Below are positions 49,730-61,894 of a stretch of DNA of 64,000 nucleotides, one piece after another. This DNA comes from Desulfomicrobium sp. (lineage in GTDB: Bacteria > Desulfobacterota > Desulfovibrionia > Desulfovibrionales > Desulfomicrobiaceae), in assembly GCA_040768745.1 (NCBI GenBank), contig JAXGMI010000001.1, positions 1,664,001-1,728,000 on the forward strand, read 5' to 3'. Numbering within the stretch: position 1 is the first letter of the stretch; each line of letters starts with the position of its first letter. The position numbers and the translations under genes were made by a program. The notes under the pieces are model-generated. The model had not been told where the DNA came from. It did no database searches and saw only the letters and a list, made by a program, of their open reading frames with translations.

Positions 49730-49761
49730 AAAAAAAAGCCTGGCCCCGTTCAGGGCCAGGC
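49730..49761 (-). terminator. Terminator after dnaK
   Basis: GCCTGGCCC...GGGCCAGGC stem plus T8 on the minus strand. Confidence 0.85.
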
Positions 49762-49798
49762 AACGAATATATGTACCGGCAAATTGCCGTGTCAATGC

Positions 49799-51709
<1,911 letters not shown>

Positions 51710-51805
51710 ATGATCTCTCCTCTCATGTATGCGAAAAGTCGTAAAATCGGGGACAAACTAACGCTTAAAAAATGCTTGTAAAGGGCAACGGGATATTTTT
51801 TGTAC

Positions 51806-51836
51806 AAAAAAGCGGCCCCGGACTTCCGGGGCCGCT
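51806..51836 (-). terminator. Terminator after the Gld-like ABC operon
   Basis: AGCGGCCCCGGA-AG-TCCGGGGCCGCT plus T run on the minus strand. Confidence 0.85.
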
Positions 51837-51846
51837 GGGATCCGAC

Positions 51847-52809
51847 TCAGCCCGCTGGGTTGGGCGGTGCGGGGAAAAGCCTTCGGAAGACCGTGGCGTG
51901 CATGCGGTACACATGCGACGAGTCGGCGCGCCTGACGAGGATGTCATCCCTGTGGAGAGCCGCTTCCAGGACAAGGGTGCGGGAGGGAGTCCGGATCTCC
52001 AGGCGATGGGTTGGGGTGTTCAGCCTGGAGACCAGAGCATTGCCGGGTGGAACGGCCTCAAAGACACTGACCCTTGCCAAAGCCGGAACAATGTCCTCCA
52101 GTTGGCCCAGGGGCAGGCCTTTGCCCCTGGATTGCCGGAGGGTCCACGCGGACGCGGCATTGCCGGTATTGCCTTTAACCTGAGTGGTGCGGATCAGGAT
52201 CGCTTCGTCCGTGGGAGTGGAGAGGCGCAGTTCCGCCACCTCGGTGGCCGGCACCGAAAGAAGGTTGGTATCGATCCAGAACTGCGCCGAAAGGGAGGAA
52301 CCATGGGCGCCGAGCTGGCCAAGGATGGTTCCGGGGACAACGCAGACATCAGAGCTGCCCGCGGCGCGGACAAAGACTTGGCGGAAGTCGCCCTTGCCAA
52401 AGAGCAGGTGGGCGAGTTCGGTCTGGCCCTGGTGCAGGACGAGCCCCAGAGCCTGTTCACTTTCCAGTTCGAAATCTCTCAACACGGCCGGGTCGCTGGA
52501 GCGCAGCTCTCCGCGCAGCCCGCCAACCGCGGCCAGCATGTGCTCCACGCCCTGGGCGCTGGCCATGACTCCCCCCAGGGCCGGGATGCGCCACGAACCG
52601 TCTGTTTTCTCAAGGATCACGGCTGCACTCCCGGGCCGGGAGATTTCGATCCGGTCCAGCGCTGTCGTGTTCAGGTCGGCCGGCACCATGGGCCGCAAGG
52701 ACTCGGAGGTCATGACGCGTGCGTCATCCCGGAATGTTCTGCGGTACCAGAGGCCGGCACCCAGGAGGGCAAGGATCAACGCGAGGACTACGATGCTTCG
52801 CGCGTTCAT
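51847..52809 (-). CDS. DUF4340-like membrane-anchored protein
   Basis: N-terminal TM anchor, repeated beta-rich units, typical position after a GldG-like gene. Confidence 0.7.
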   Translation of the reverse strand: MNARSIVVLALILALLGAGLWYRRTFRDDARVMTSESLRPMVPADLNTTALDRIEISRPGSAAVILEKTDGSWRIPALGGVMASAQGVEHMLAAVGGLRGELRSSDPAVLRDFELESEQALGLVLHQGQTELAHLLFGKGDFRQVFVRAAGSSDVCVVPGTILGQLGAHGSSLSAQFWIDTNLLSVPATEVAELRLSTPTDEAILIRTTQVKGNTGNAASAWTLRQSRGKGLPLGQLEDIVPALARVSVFEAVPPGNALVSRLNTPTHRLEIRTPSRTLVLEAALHRDDILVRRADSSHVYRMHATVFRRLFPAPPNPAG

Positions 52810-55187
52810 GCCGACGTCCTCATGCCGCGGGCGTACTGAACCCGGCGGCGGTTGCGGGACCAGATCCTGGACAGGGCCAGCCCGGCGATGGCCAGGGCGG
52901 GCAGGCAGTAGGTGATCAGTTTCCAGATGGTCGCTGTTTGCGGGTCGATATCGAAAATGAGGCGCGTGGGCAGCCTCTTGCCCCGGATCTGGAGCAGCTC
53001 CGGGCCGTAGGCGAGGAAGTCCACGGCGTTCATGAGGAAATCGACGTTGTTCTGGAGCATGTCATCGCCGAACATGGCCGCTCCTCCGATGAGAATCAGT
53101 TCGCCAGGCGCCAGCGGGCGTTCGAGCACTGCCTCTGCGGGCGCATTTTCGGCGTCGGGCCAGGCCGGAGGAGGGTCAGCAGGGACCGGGAACTGTCCGC
53201 TGATCCGTGCAGCCACGGGGCGGGAGGCCTGTCCGACAGCTGGGGGCGTGATCTGGCTCTGGATGAGGTGCGACTTTGCCTCGGCCAGCCAGGATCTTGA
53301 ACTGGAGGAGACCAGAACCGTGGGGTGCAGCCCTATTCTGGACAGCTTCTCCGAGTCCAGGTTCAGTGCGGCGCCCCAGAGGTAGAAAAGGTTGTCCAGA
53401 CGGGTGGTGATGGGATCATCCGGGCTCATGTTGTCCTTGGTCAGGACGATCTGGATCGGAAGTTTCACGCTGAGGCCCCCGCCGACCATCTGATCGAACT
53501 GGTTGCGGGCCACGCGGATGGCCGTGTTCTGCTCATCCATGAGAATCCTGGAATCGACAGACACCCCAAAGGTATCGAACAGTCTGTCCAGGCCGCTGTC
53601 CAGAGGGGTGAAATTCACAGCCATACTGCCCTGGGCCAGGTCGTAGTCCCATTGCCCGGTCTGCACGGCCATGATGGTCTTCTGCCCGGCGGCCAGGGTC
53701 CTGCCCAGTTCCCATGCCTGACGTTCGTTCATGGCCGTGGGCTGGAGAACGAGGAGCACGTCGGCATCGGCGGGAACGCTGTCCTGGCTGCTCAGGGCTA
53801 CGGGGCGGATGCGGTATTTTTCCTGCTGCAGGACCCGGTTGAGCAGGTCAAAGCCTTCGCCGCCAACGACCGCAACCACGGGCTCTCTGGACCGGGTCAG
53901 ACGGAACACCGTGGAAACCAGCATGTATTCCAGATCACTCAGAGAGTCAGGTACGATGCGAGGGATGATGACCTCTGGAGCGTCCTTGTAGGCCACGCCG
54001 AGAGACGAATAGATGAGGTCACTGACAGACCCTGTCTGGCGCATGGCCGAGACGGAGAACGGTTCGACGCCCTTCTCCAGCATGCGTTTTTCCAGCGGAT
54101 CTGTGTTCGGTCCCTGGGCAGCCAAGGGATCTCCGCCCACCACGTTGGCCGCGCGCATGTGAACGCGTTTGTAGGTCAGTTTGCCGCCGCTGACTAGGCG
54201 CAGTTCCTCCAGACGGTCCAGGACATCGCGCTCCAATGTCTTGATTTCCGTAGGCATGTCTTCTTCGGGTGTGACATAGTAGGAAATTTGGACCGGCACG
54301 CTCAGCCCGGCCAGGATGCGCTGTGAGGCCGGGCTGACAGAGTGGATCCTGCCTTCGGTCCAGTCGAAACGGGCAAGGCTGACATCGCTCAGCAGGGCAT
54401 TGCAGAACAATCCGATACCCAGGCACAAACCCGCGCAGAGGGTGAAAAAGGCTGCAAAACCCCTGCGCCCCCGGCCTTCGATGTGCAGTCCGTTCAGGAA
54501 CAGAAAAAGGGCGACCCAGACGAGAAAGAAGGCAAGATCAGCCACTTCGACAATGCCGCGGGCGAACACGTCGTAGCGGCCCGTTACACCCAGCAGTTCC
54601 CGGAGCAGGGTGCCCAGGCCTCCGATCCAGGAGTCAAGGGCAGTGGCCGCGAAGTTGGTGCCCAGGAGGAAGATGCCGAAGCAGGCCAGCAGGCTCAGTA
54701 CGAAGGCCACGATCTGGTCTCTGGCAAAGCCGGAGACGAGCTGGCCCAAGGCCAGGAAAAAACCGCCCAGCAGGATGGCTCCGAGATAGGAACTGGCTAT
54801 TTGGCCGAAGTCCGGCCGGCCCAGGGCCGTGACCATAAGGGGCAGGAGCAGGGTGGAGGCCAGGGCCAGGAGGAGGAAGCAGAACCCGGCCAGGTATTTG
54901 CCCAGAACCAGGGACATGGGATGCATGGGAAAGGTCAGAAGCATCTCCATTGTGTTGCTGGAACGCTCCTCGGCCCACAGGCGCATGGCCACGGCCGGGA
55001 CAAAGACGCAGAGCATGAAGGGGAGGACTTGGAACAGCCCGCGGAGTTCAGCCACTGGAAAGAGAAAGAACTCGGTGACGAAAAGACCGCTGGCGATCAG
55101 GGCGAACACGACCAGGAAAATGGCCCCGATGGGTGAATTGCAATACTCGGCCAGTTCGCGCCGCATGATGGTGATCAGGTCTCGCAC
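52806..55187 (-). CDS. Fused GldF-like ABC-2 permease and GldG-like periplasmic domain
   Basis: RRELAEY..SP, MRLWAEE...T.E.LLT.P, LGKY; R.DWTE...SVS..S..IL..L..PV; C-terminal TM; GTG start after GAGGAGG. Confidence 0.8.
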   Translation of the reverse strand: MRDLITIMRRELAEYCNSPIGAIFLVVFALIASGLFVTEFFLFPVAELRGLFQVLPFMLCVFVPAVAMRLWAEERSSNTMEMLLTFPMHPMSLVLGKYLAGFCFLLLALASTLLLPLMVTALGRPDFGQIASSYLGAILLGGFFLALGQLVSGFARDQIVAFVLSLLACFGIFLLGTNFAATALDSWIGGLGTLLRELLGVTGRYDVFARGIVEVADLAFFLVWVALFLFLNGLHIEGRGRRGFAAFFTLCAGLCLGIGLFCNALLSDVSLARFDWTEGRIHSVSPASQRILAGLSVPVQISYYVTPEEDMPTEIKTLERDVLDRLEELRLVSGGKLTYKRVHMRAANVVGGDPLAAQGPNTDPLEKRMLEKGVEPFSVSAMRQTGSVSDLIYSSLGVAYKDAPEVIIPRIVPDSLSDLEYMLVSTVFRLTRSREPVVAVVGGEGFDLLNRVLQQEKYRIRPVALSSQDSVPADADVLLVLQPTAMNERQAWELGRTLAAGQKTIMAVQTGQWDYDLAQGSMAVNFTPLDSGLDRLFDTFGVSVDSRILMDEQNTAIRVARNQFDQMVGGGLSVKLPIQIVLTKDNMSPDDPITTRLDNLFYLWGAALNLDSEKLSRIGLHPTVLVSSSSRSWLAEAKSHLIQSQITPPAVGQASRPVAARISGQFPVPADPPPAWPDAENAPAEAVLERPLAPGELILIGGAAMFGDDMLQNNVDFLMNAVDFLAYGPELLQIRGKRLPTRLIFDIDPQTATIWKLITYCLPALAIAGLALSRIWSRNRRRVQYARGMRTSA

Positions 55188-55197
55188 GGTGTCCTCC

Positions 55198-56139
55198 TCA
55201 TGCGGCCTGTTCGGCACGGGTCAAGGCCAGAAAGATGTCTTCCAGGGACTGGCCGGTCAGGGTCAGCCCGCGCAGGGGCCATGACCTCGCCGCGCACAGG
55301 GCTGACACGTTCTCCAGGGACGTCATCGGGTCCAGGACTGCAAAACGGATGGCAGTCCATCCACCCCCTTCGCGCTCAGGGTGTACTGCCACGATGTCGC
55401 GCATGGCTTCCAGGGCGACGCGGATTTCAGCAACGGGGGCCTTGATTTCTGCCAGGCCCCAGGTCCGCGTCCCGGCACGGGCAGCCAGTTCCCCCAGAGT
55501 GCCCTGCGCCCTGATGGTTCCGTGACTGATGATGACGATCCGGTCTGCGATGGTTTCGGCTTCATGCAGGATGTGGGTGGAGAAGAGGACGGTCTTGGTC
55601 GCCGCGAGTTCCCTGATCAGGCCGCGGATCTCCAGGATCTGGTGGGGGTCCAGTCCGGTGGTCGGTTCGTCCAGGATGATGACCTCCGGATCGTGGATCA
55701 AGGCCTGGGCCAGGGCCGTTCGCTGCCGGAAGCCCTTGGAAAGTTCGCCTATGGGTCGGCGGAACACGGGGATGAGGCCCGTCCTGACCAGAACCCATTC
55801 CAGACGTTGGCGCAGCATGTCGCTTTTCAACCCACGGGCACGGGCCACAAAGTCGAGGTATTCGCCCACCTCCATGTAGAGGTAGAGGGGCAGATTTTCA
55901 GGGAGGTAGCCGATCCTCCGGCGGACCTCGCGCGGCTCCTGGACCACGTCAAACCCGCAGACCGTGGCCGATCCAGCGGATGGGCGCAGGTAGGTCGTCA
56001 GTATTTTCATGACAGTGGACTTGCCCGCCCCGTTGGGGCCCAGCAGGCCGAGGATTTCTCCCTGTCCGACACGAAAGGTGGCATCCTCCAGAGCCGTGAC
56101 AGGGCCGAACTGCATGCCCAGGTTCTGTACGTCGATCAT
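55198..56139 (-). CDS. ABC transporter ATP-binding protein (GldA-like)
   Basis: GPNGAGKST, LSKGFRQR, ILDEPTTGLDP, STHIL. Confidence 0.92.
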   Translation of the reverse strand: MIDVQNLGMQFGPVTALEDATFRVGQGEILGLLGPNGAGKSTVMKILTTYLRPSAGSATVCGFDVVQEPREVRRRIGYLPENLPLYLYMEVGEYLDFVARARGLKSDMLRQRLEWVLVRTGLIPVFRRPIGELSKGFRQRTALAQALIHDPEVIILDEPTTGLDPHQILEIRGLIRELAATKTVLFSTHILHEAETIADRIVIISHGTIRAQGTLGELAARAGTRTWGLAEIKAPVAEIRVALEAMRDIVAVHPEREGGGWTAIRFAVLDPMTSLENVSALCAARSWPLRGLTLTGQSLEDIFLALTRAEQAA

Positions 56140-56340
56140 GGCAGCTCCTGCGATGATGGGGTAACCGGGCCGTACAGGATTGGCCGGTTTAAACATGCCT
56201 GCGCTAAGACAGGATTTTGTGCAAAGGCAAGTCCAAATTCAAGTATCCGCGCATGGTTCGCGGCGGTCCCGGAGGACTGACTGTTGACACCGCGTCCGGA
56301 GGGATTAAAGGACCATCTATTCAACCTATAGGAGGAGCTT

Positions 56341-56661
56341 ATGTTCGTTCTCAATCCGGCGGCCAAGGAGCAGCTGGACATGCATTTTGGCGACAAGGAC
56401 AAGGAACCCATCCGCATATACCTGTCCTCGGGTTGTGGCGGCCCTCGCCTGGGTCTGGCGTTGGACGATAAAAAGGCCACGGACCAGGTCTTTGAAGTGG
56501 ACGGGTATTCCTTTGTGATGGAGACGAGCCTCTTCGAGGAGGCCAAGCCTGTGACGGTCACTTTTGACCAGAACATGGGCTTCGCCGTGCAGTCGAGTCT
56601 GGTTTTTCCTGCCAGCAAAGGTGGCTGCTCGTCCTGCGGCTGCGGCGGGTCCTGCGGCTGA
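56341..56661 (+). CDS. IscA/HesB family protein
   Basis: IRIYL..GCGGPRLGLALD; C-terminal GGCSSCGCGGSCG; AGGAGG RBS. Confidence 0.85.
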   Translation: MFVLNPAAKEQLDMHFGDKDKEPIRIYLSSGCGGPRLGLALDDKKATDQVFEVDGYSFVMETSLFEEAKPVTVTFDQNMGFAVQSSLVFPASKGGCSSCGCGGSCG

Positions 56662-56747
56662 ACCGACTGCTTTTCACATGCGGGAAGGGTGGCCAGGGCC
56701 GCCCTTTCCGCTTTCAGGCGAGCAGGTAATCCGCTATTTCCGGCTCC

Positions 56748-57161
56748 ATGCACATACCTCCCCGCATCCACATCGAGGACTCTGACATCCTGTTCGAATT
56801 CATCCGTGCAGGCGGTCCCGGTGGCCAGAACGTGAACAAGGTGTCTACAGCCGTGCGGTTGCGCGTGCGTCTGGAGAACATCCATGGCCTGGACCGGGAC
56901 GGGATGGTGCGACTTGCAACCCTGGCCGGGAAACGGCTTACCTCAGACGGGGAACTGGTCCTCAGGGCCCAGGCCCACCGCACACAGGACGCCAACCGCA
57001 GGGCAGTGCTGGAGCGCCTGGCTGATCTGCTCGCCCAGGCTGCCATGCGGCCCAGGGACCGCCAGCCAACCAAGCCGACCCGAGCCTCGCGTGAGCGGCG
57101 CCTGGGTTCCAAGGCCAGGAGGTCCCAGATCAAGACCCTGCGTCGGCTGCGTCCAGAATGA
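56748..57161 (+). CDS. arfB: Alternative ribosome rescue peptidyl-tRNA hydrolase
   Basis: RAGGPGGQNVNKVSTAV, R.Q..NR, basic tail PTKPTRAS.ERRL..K. Confidence 0.93.
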   Translation: MHIPPRIHIEDSDILFEFIRAGGPGGQNVNKVSTAVRLRVRLENIHGLDRDGMVRLATLAGKRLTSDGELVLRAQAHRTQDANRRAVLERLADLLAQAAMRPRDRQPTKPTRASRERRLGSKARRSQIKTLRRLRPE

Positions 57162-57278
57162 GCCCGTGCGGAACGCAACGTCCGTGGGACATGACGTCCC
57201 GGCAGATCGCACCCGCAGGGCGCCTTTTTCAGCAGGCTGCGGGCTGGACATTTCCGAAAAACGAGGCGATCTGTGGCC

Positions 57279-58142
57279 ATGAACGCCAAGCTTCGCATGT
57301 ATGCGTTTTCCATCCCCTGGAACCTTTTCCTGCTGAGTGCCGGCAGCGTCCTTGTGGCCTTGGGCATCAAGGCCGTAGCCGTTCCCCACGGCCTGATCTC
57401 GGGGGGAGTCTCGGGCATAGGATTGCTGCTGTATTATTTCACCCATACCCTGAGTCCGGGTCTGTGGCTTTTGCTCTTGAACATTCCCATCGCCCTGGCC
57501 GGGTGGATCATGGTCAGCCGCAGATTCGTGCTCTACACGGCCTACGGGATGCTTGCCATCACGGCCAGCATGGAGGCCATGTCCTTCTCTTTGCCCGTTC
57601 ATGACCGTCTGCTGGCCGCCATTGTCTCCGGGGCCCTGATTGGGGCGGGCAGCGGGACGGCCTTGCGCTCCCTGGGTTCCTCGGGAGGGCTCGACATCAT
57701 CGGCGTCATTCTGCATCAACGTTTCGGTTTCCGCATCGGTCAGATCAGCTTTCTCTTCAACGCCGCCCTCTTCTCGGCCAGCTTCGCCCTGATGGACACG
57801 GACCTGGTGCTCTATTCCCTCATCCACGTTTTTGTCAGTGGACAGATCACAGACGCTGTCTTGAGTATGTTCAATCAGCGCAAGCTTGTGTTCGTCGTTT
57901 CGGATCACGCCCAGGCCATTGCTGATGTCATCATGAAAGAGGCCAACCGGGGGGTGACCCTCCTTGAAGGTCGGGGCGGGTACACGGGCCTGCCCAAACA
58001 GGTGGTCATGACCGTAGTCAACAACGTGCAGCAGAAGAAGCTGGAAGAACTGATCTTCACCATGGATCCCGAGGCATTCGTCATTTTCGAGAACACTTTC
58101 AATGTCATCGGAAGGGGTTTTTCCAAACGCAAAGTCTACTGA
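57279..58142 (+). CDS. YitT family membrane protein
   Basis: GGVSG, LNIP, SSGG.DI, RGVT.L.G.GGYT, DP.AF. Confidence 0.88.
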   Translation: MNAKLRMYAFSIPWNLFLLSAGSVLVALGIKAVAVPHGLISGGVSGIGLLLYYFTHTLSPGLWLLLLNIPIALAGWIMVSRRFVLYTAYGMLAITASMEAMSFSLPVHDRLLAAIVSGALIGAGSGTALRSLGSSGGLDIIGVILHQRFGFRIGQISFLFNAALFSASFALMDTDLVLYSLIHVFVSGQITDAVLSMFNQRKLVFVVSDHAQAIADVIMKEANRGVTLLEGRGGYTGLPKQVVMTVVNNVQQKKLEELIFTMDPEAFVIFENTFNVIGRGFSKRKVY

Positions 58143-58159
58143 TTCCTGGATAAGACGGC

Positions 58160-59599
58160 ATGGAGAATATCCCCTTTCAAATTTCGCGCACACACCTGAT
58201 ACCCTTGCTGCCAGCCATCCGCATCTGGCTGGTCTGCCTCCTCATGCTCACTGCCGCATCGTCCTGCACCCTCAAGACGGCATCAGTCCCTGCGCCTCCG
58301 ACACCTGGAATTGAAGACGACGTCGTTTCCTTCATCCCTGAATTGCTGGATGTGGTCCTCGACGTCCCACAGTTGAGCAGCCACGCTGTAGCGGTATCGG
58401 ATGAGCCGATTTTGACCATGGCAGAGCAGTCCGCCCTGTATGATCAGGCCGTGAAACGCTTTTTTGCGCCCTGGCATCTGCGCGATGCGTCCCTTTCCCG
58501 CAAGCAGGCATTCTGGGGTGTGCGGGCCTACGGGTCCAGGCAGGGATATGCCGAGAATCTCCAGCCCTATCCGCCGGAGCGATGGGTCAGGGTCGTGGCC
58601 TTGCAGAACATGGACGCCTATCCGTCCATGGCCTCTCCGGCTATAGTCATCAGGAACACGTCCCTGCGCATCCTGCCCTCCATGCGTCCGTTTTTTTTCG
58701 ACCCGTCCCAGCCCGGTGAGGGTTTTCCCTTCGACTATTTTCAGAATAGCGCCCTGTGGCTGGGAACTCCCTTGCTGGTGACCCACGTGTCTTTGGACCA
58801 GGCCTGGTTTTTCGTGGAGACCTCCTTTGTCAGCGGATGGGTGCGCAGGGAGGATGTGGCCCTGGCGGAAGGGGATTTCCGCAGGACGTACGAAACCCTG
58901 GCCATGGTCGCCATCCGGCAGGACGATACGATCCTTTCCGGAGCCGGGGGAGGTTTTTTGGGACAGACCCATATCGGGGCGATTTTCCCGCTGCACAGCC
59001 AGGACGTGCAGAAGCTGACGATCCGCGTCCCGGCCCGATCCGCTCATGGACAAGCGGAACTCCATCTGGCCGAAGTCGATCTTCAGCAGGCAGCGCCAAT
59101 GCCCCTGCCGTGCACCTCCCGGAACATCGCCAGCCTCGCCGACGCCATGTCCGGGCAGCTCTACGGGTGGGGAGGGATGTTCGAGAACAGGGACTGCTCC
59201 TCGACCATGCGCGATCTGCTCCTGCCATTCGGCATCTGGTTGCCACGCAATTCCGGTCTCCAGGCCAGGCAGGCAGGTGGGGTCATTTCCCTGGAGAACA
59301 TGGACCCCGAAGCCAAGCTGTCCGTCATCCGGGACCAGGGGGTGCCTTTCGGATCCTTGATCTGGATGCCGGGGCACATCGGTCTGTACCTGGGCACGGA
59401 CCAGCGCGGAGAACCCCTCATGCTGCATAACATATGGGGGGCGCGAACAGTGTTGCCCGAGGGCAGAGAAGGCAGAGCCGTCATTGGCCGTCTGGCCGTG
59501 ACCAGCCTGCGGCCGGGCGAGGAACGGCCCGACGTGCGCAAGGGGGCTTTTCTGGAACGGGTCAGGGGCTTGACCCGCATCGGACGGTTTCGGCAGTGA
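58160..59599 (+). CDS. NlpC/P60 cell-wall peptidase lipoprotein with SH3-like domains
   Basis: Lipobox-like AASSC; GFPFDYFQNS; YGWGG..RDCSS catalytic Cys; GHIGLY; HNIWG. Confidence 0.85.
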   Translation: MENIPFQISRTHLIPLLPAIRIWLVCLLMLTAASSCTLKTASVPAPPTPGIEDDVVSFIPELLDVVLDVPQLSSHAVAVSDEPILTMAEQSALYDQAVKRFFAPWHLRDASLSRKQAFWGVRAYGSRQGYAENLQPYPPERWVRVVALQNMDAYPSMASPAIVIRNTSLRILPSMRPFFFDPSQPGEGFPFDYFQNSALWLGTPLLVTHVSLDQAWFFVETSFVSGWVRREDVALAEGDFRRTYETLAMVAIRQDDTILSGAGGGFLGQTHIGAIFPLHSQDVQKLTIRVPARSAHGQAELHLAEVDLQQAAPMPLPCTSRNIASLADAMSGQLYGWGGMFENRDCSSTMRDLLLPFGIWLPRNSGLQARQAGGVISLENMDPEAKLSVIRDQGVPFGSLIWMPGHIGLYLGTDQRGEPLMLHNIWGARTVLPEGREGRAVIGRLAVTSLRPGEERPDVRKGAFLERVRGLTRIGRFRQ

Positions 59600-59797
59600 G
59601 CCGGCAAAGCGCGTTTGATACAAGCCGACGGCCGCGAATCCGGACAGGATGTTCTGAAAACGTTGTTCCTTGTGAAATCAAGGACAATGCTGCCCTGTGT
59701 TTTTCATGTGCGGTGGCAGTGGGTAAAAAACGGATCATAGTATCGTCTAACAGCGACGCTCCGGTGGGAGATCGCATCATTTCAGCGGGAGAGGACC

Positions 59798-61885
59798 ATG
59801 ACGGCAACCAAGTCTGTGTTCAGCGTCTGTGGCATGTGCACTGTACGCTGTCCAATCCAGGTGGATGTGCGGGACGGCAAGGCTGTGCGCATTCAGGGCA
59901 ACGAATTTTCTCCGCTCAAAGGCGGGCTATGCGCTCGCGGCGCTGCCGGCATCGCCTTGGAGCAGGATCCGGAAAAGCCCCAAACCCCTCTCATCCGCGT
60001 GGGCGCGCGGGGGGAAGGCAAGTGGCGGGCCGTGTCCTGGGCCGAGGCCCTGGATTACGTGGCGGACAAACTGAGGGGGATCATGGCCGAGCATGGTGGG
60101 AGGTCCGTCCTCTGGTCCGACCGCGGCGGACCTTTCCCGGATCTGCACCAGGCCTTCATGCGGGGCATCGGTTCGCCGAACTATTGCAACCACGATGCGT
60201 CCTGCGCCCGGAACGTGCAACACGGGGCCCAGTCGGTCATCGGGGTTGGCCGCAAGATGGTGGCCTACGATTTCCGCAATGCCAAGCACATCATCCTGCA
60301 GACCCGCAATATCATGGAAGCCATCAACGTGGCCGAGGTCAACGCTGTTCTGGATGGGATGGCCGGCGGGGCGAAACTGACTGTCATCGACATCCGGGGC
60401 ACGGTCAGCGCCAGCAAGGCCGACAATTTCTTCATGATCCGACCGGGCACGGACTATGCCTTCAACCTGGGTGTGATCCACGCCCTGATTTATGAAGACC
60501 TCTACGATAAGGATTTCGTGGGTCAGTTCGTGGACGGTTTTGATGAGCTCAAGGAGTTTGTCAAACCCTATACCCCGCAGTGGGCAGCGGCCGAGACAGG
60601 AGCATCGGCCGAAGGCATTCTCGGCCTGGCCCGCCAGCTTGCCGAGGCCGCGCCCAGCGTTGTCTGGCATCCGGGCTGGATGGTGGCCCGCTACAACGAC
60701 TCCTTTCAGGTCTGCCGCACGGCCTACATCATCAATGCCCTGCTGGGCGCCTTTGCGGCCAAGGGAGGCCTGCCCTTCGTGAACACGGCAAAGGAAGTGG
60801 GGCGCAAGGGCCTCAAAAAGCTCGTGGACCTGTTTCCCAAACCCGATGAGAAACGGGCCGACGGTGTGGGCTGGAAGTATCCGCAGTTTGATGCCGGCCC
60901 GGGCCTCGTGAACCTGGCCTACGACGCCATCGTCACCGGCGAGCCGTATCCCATCAAAGCCTACCTCTGTTTTCGCCATGACCCGCTCATGGCCATGCCT
61001 GACCCTGAAGCATTGAAGAAGAAATGGGCAGACCTGGACCTTCTGGTCAGCATCACCTTCACGTGGTCGGACACTGCCTGGCATTCGGATGTGGTCCTGC
61101 CCCTGTCCACCTATCTGGCCAGGGAGAGCATCATCGCCGGCAAGTCCGGCCTCAAGCCCCAGTTCTTCGTTCGCCGTCGTGCACAGGAACCGACCTTCGA
61201 CTCCAAGGCCGAGTGGGAGATCATTTGCGGTCTGGCCAAGCGCCTGGGCCTGGATGCCCTGGCCTTCGACAGCATCGAGGACATCTGGAACTACCAGCTG
61301 CAGGACACGGGCGTGGGCATAGAGGATTTCAATGCCAAAGGCTTTGTGGAGCTGGCGGACAAACCCCTGTATCGGCCCATGTCCGAAGTCAAGCTGCCCA
61401 CGGTCTCGGGCAAGGTCGAGATGGTCAGCGGCAAATGGGCCAAAGCGGGGTACAACACCCTGCCGGCGTACCAGTCTCCGCAGCATCCGCCCCAGGGCCT
61501 GTTCCGCATCGCCTTTGGCCGGGTCGGCGTACATACCCAGGGGCACACCGTGAACAACCCTCTGCTGGCCGAACTCATGCCTGAGAATGTGGCCTGGATC
61601 CATACCAGTCGGGCGGCGGAACTGGGCATCGCCGACGGTGACCTGGTGGAAGTGTTTTCCCCCAGGGGAGAAAGTGGGCGAATCAAGGCATTTGTGACCG
61701 AATGCGTCCATCCGGAAGCCTTGTTCATGGTGCACGGATTCGGGCACAAGCTGCCCGTTGAGTCACGGGCCAGGGGCCGGGGCGCGGCTGACCACGAACT
61801 CATGCCTGGCGGTCTTGAATGTTGGGACAAGGGCGGCGGTTGCCTGTCCATGCAGGAACATTTTGTCGGCGTGCGCAAAATCTAG
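59798..61885 (+). CDS. Molybdopterin oxidoreductase catalytic subunit (PhsA/PsrA-like)
   Basis: CGMCTVRC...LCARG 4Fe-4S motif; NHDASC Mo-ligand region; RPGTD; C-terminal Mo-bisPGD domain. Confidence 0.88.
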   Translation: MTATKSVFSVCGMCTVRCPIQVDVRDGKAVRIQGNEFSPLKGGLCARGAAGIALEQDPEKPQTPLIRVGARGEGKWRAVSWAEALDYVADKLRGIMAEHGGRSVLWSDRGGPFPDLHQAFMRGIGSPNYCNHDASCARNVQHGAQSVIGVGRKMVAYDFRNAKHIILQTRNIMEAINVAEVNAVLDGMAGGAKLTVIDIRGTVSASKADNFFMIRPGTDYAFNLGVIHALIYEDLYDKDFVGQFVDGFDELKEFVKPYTPQWAAAETGASAEGILGLARQLAEAAPSVVWHPGWMVARYNDSFQVCRTAYIINALLGAFAAKGGLPFVNTAKEVGRKGLKKLVDLFPKPDEKRADGVGWKYPQFDAGPGLVNLAYDAIVTGEPYPIKAYLCFRHDPLMAMPDPEALKKKWADLDLLVSITFTWSDTAWHSDVVLPLSTYLARESIIAGKSGLKPQFFVRRRAQEPTFDSKAEWEIICGLAKRLGLDALAFDSIEDIWNYQLQDTGVGIEDFNAKGFVELADKPLYRPMSEVKLPTVSGKVEMVSGKWAKAGYNTLPAYQSPQHPPQGLFRIAFGRVGVHTQGHTVNNPLLAELMPENVAWIHTSRAAELGIADGDLVEVFSPRGESGRIKAFVTECVHPEALFMVHGFGHKLPVESRARGRGAADHELMPGGLECWDKGGGCLSMQEHFVGVRKI

Positions 61886-61894
61886 GGGGCAGTC

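Noticed and set aside
51710..51805. CIRCE element or clear sigma32 promoter upstream of dnaK
   Set aside because: No TTAGCACTC-N9-GAGTGCTAA and no convincing CTTGAA...CCCCAT pair
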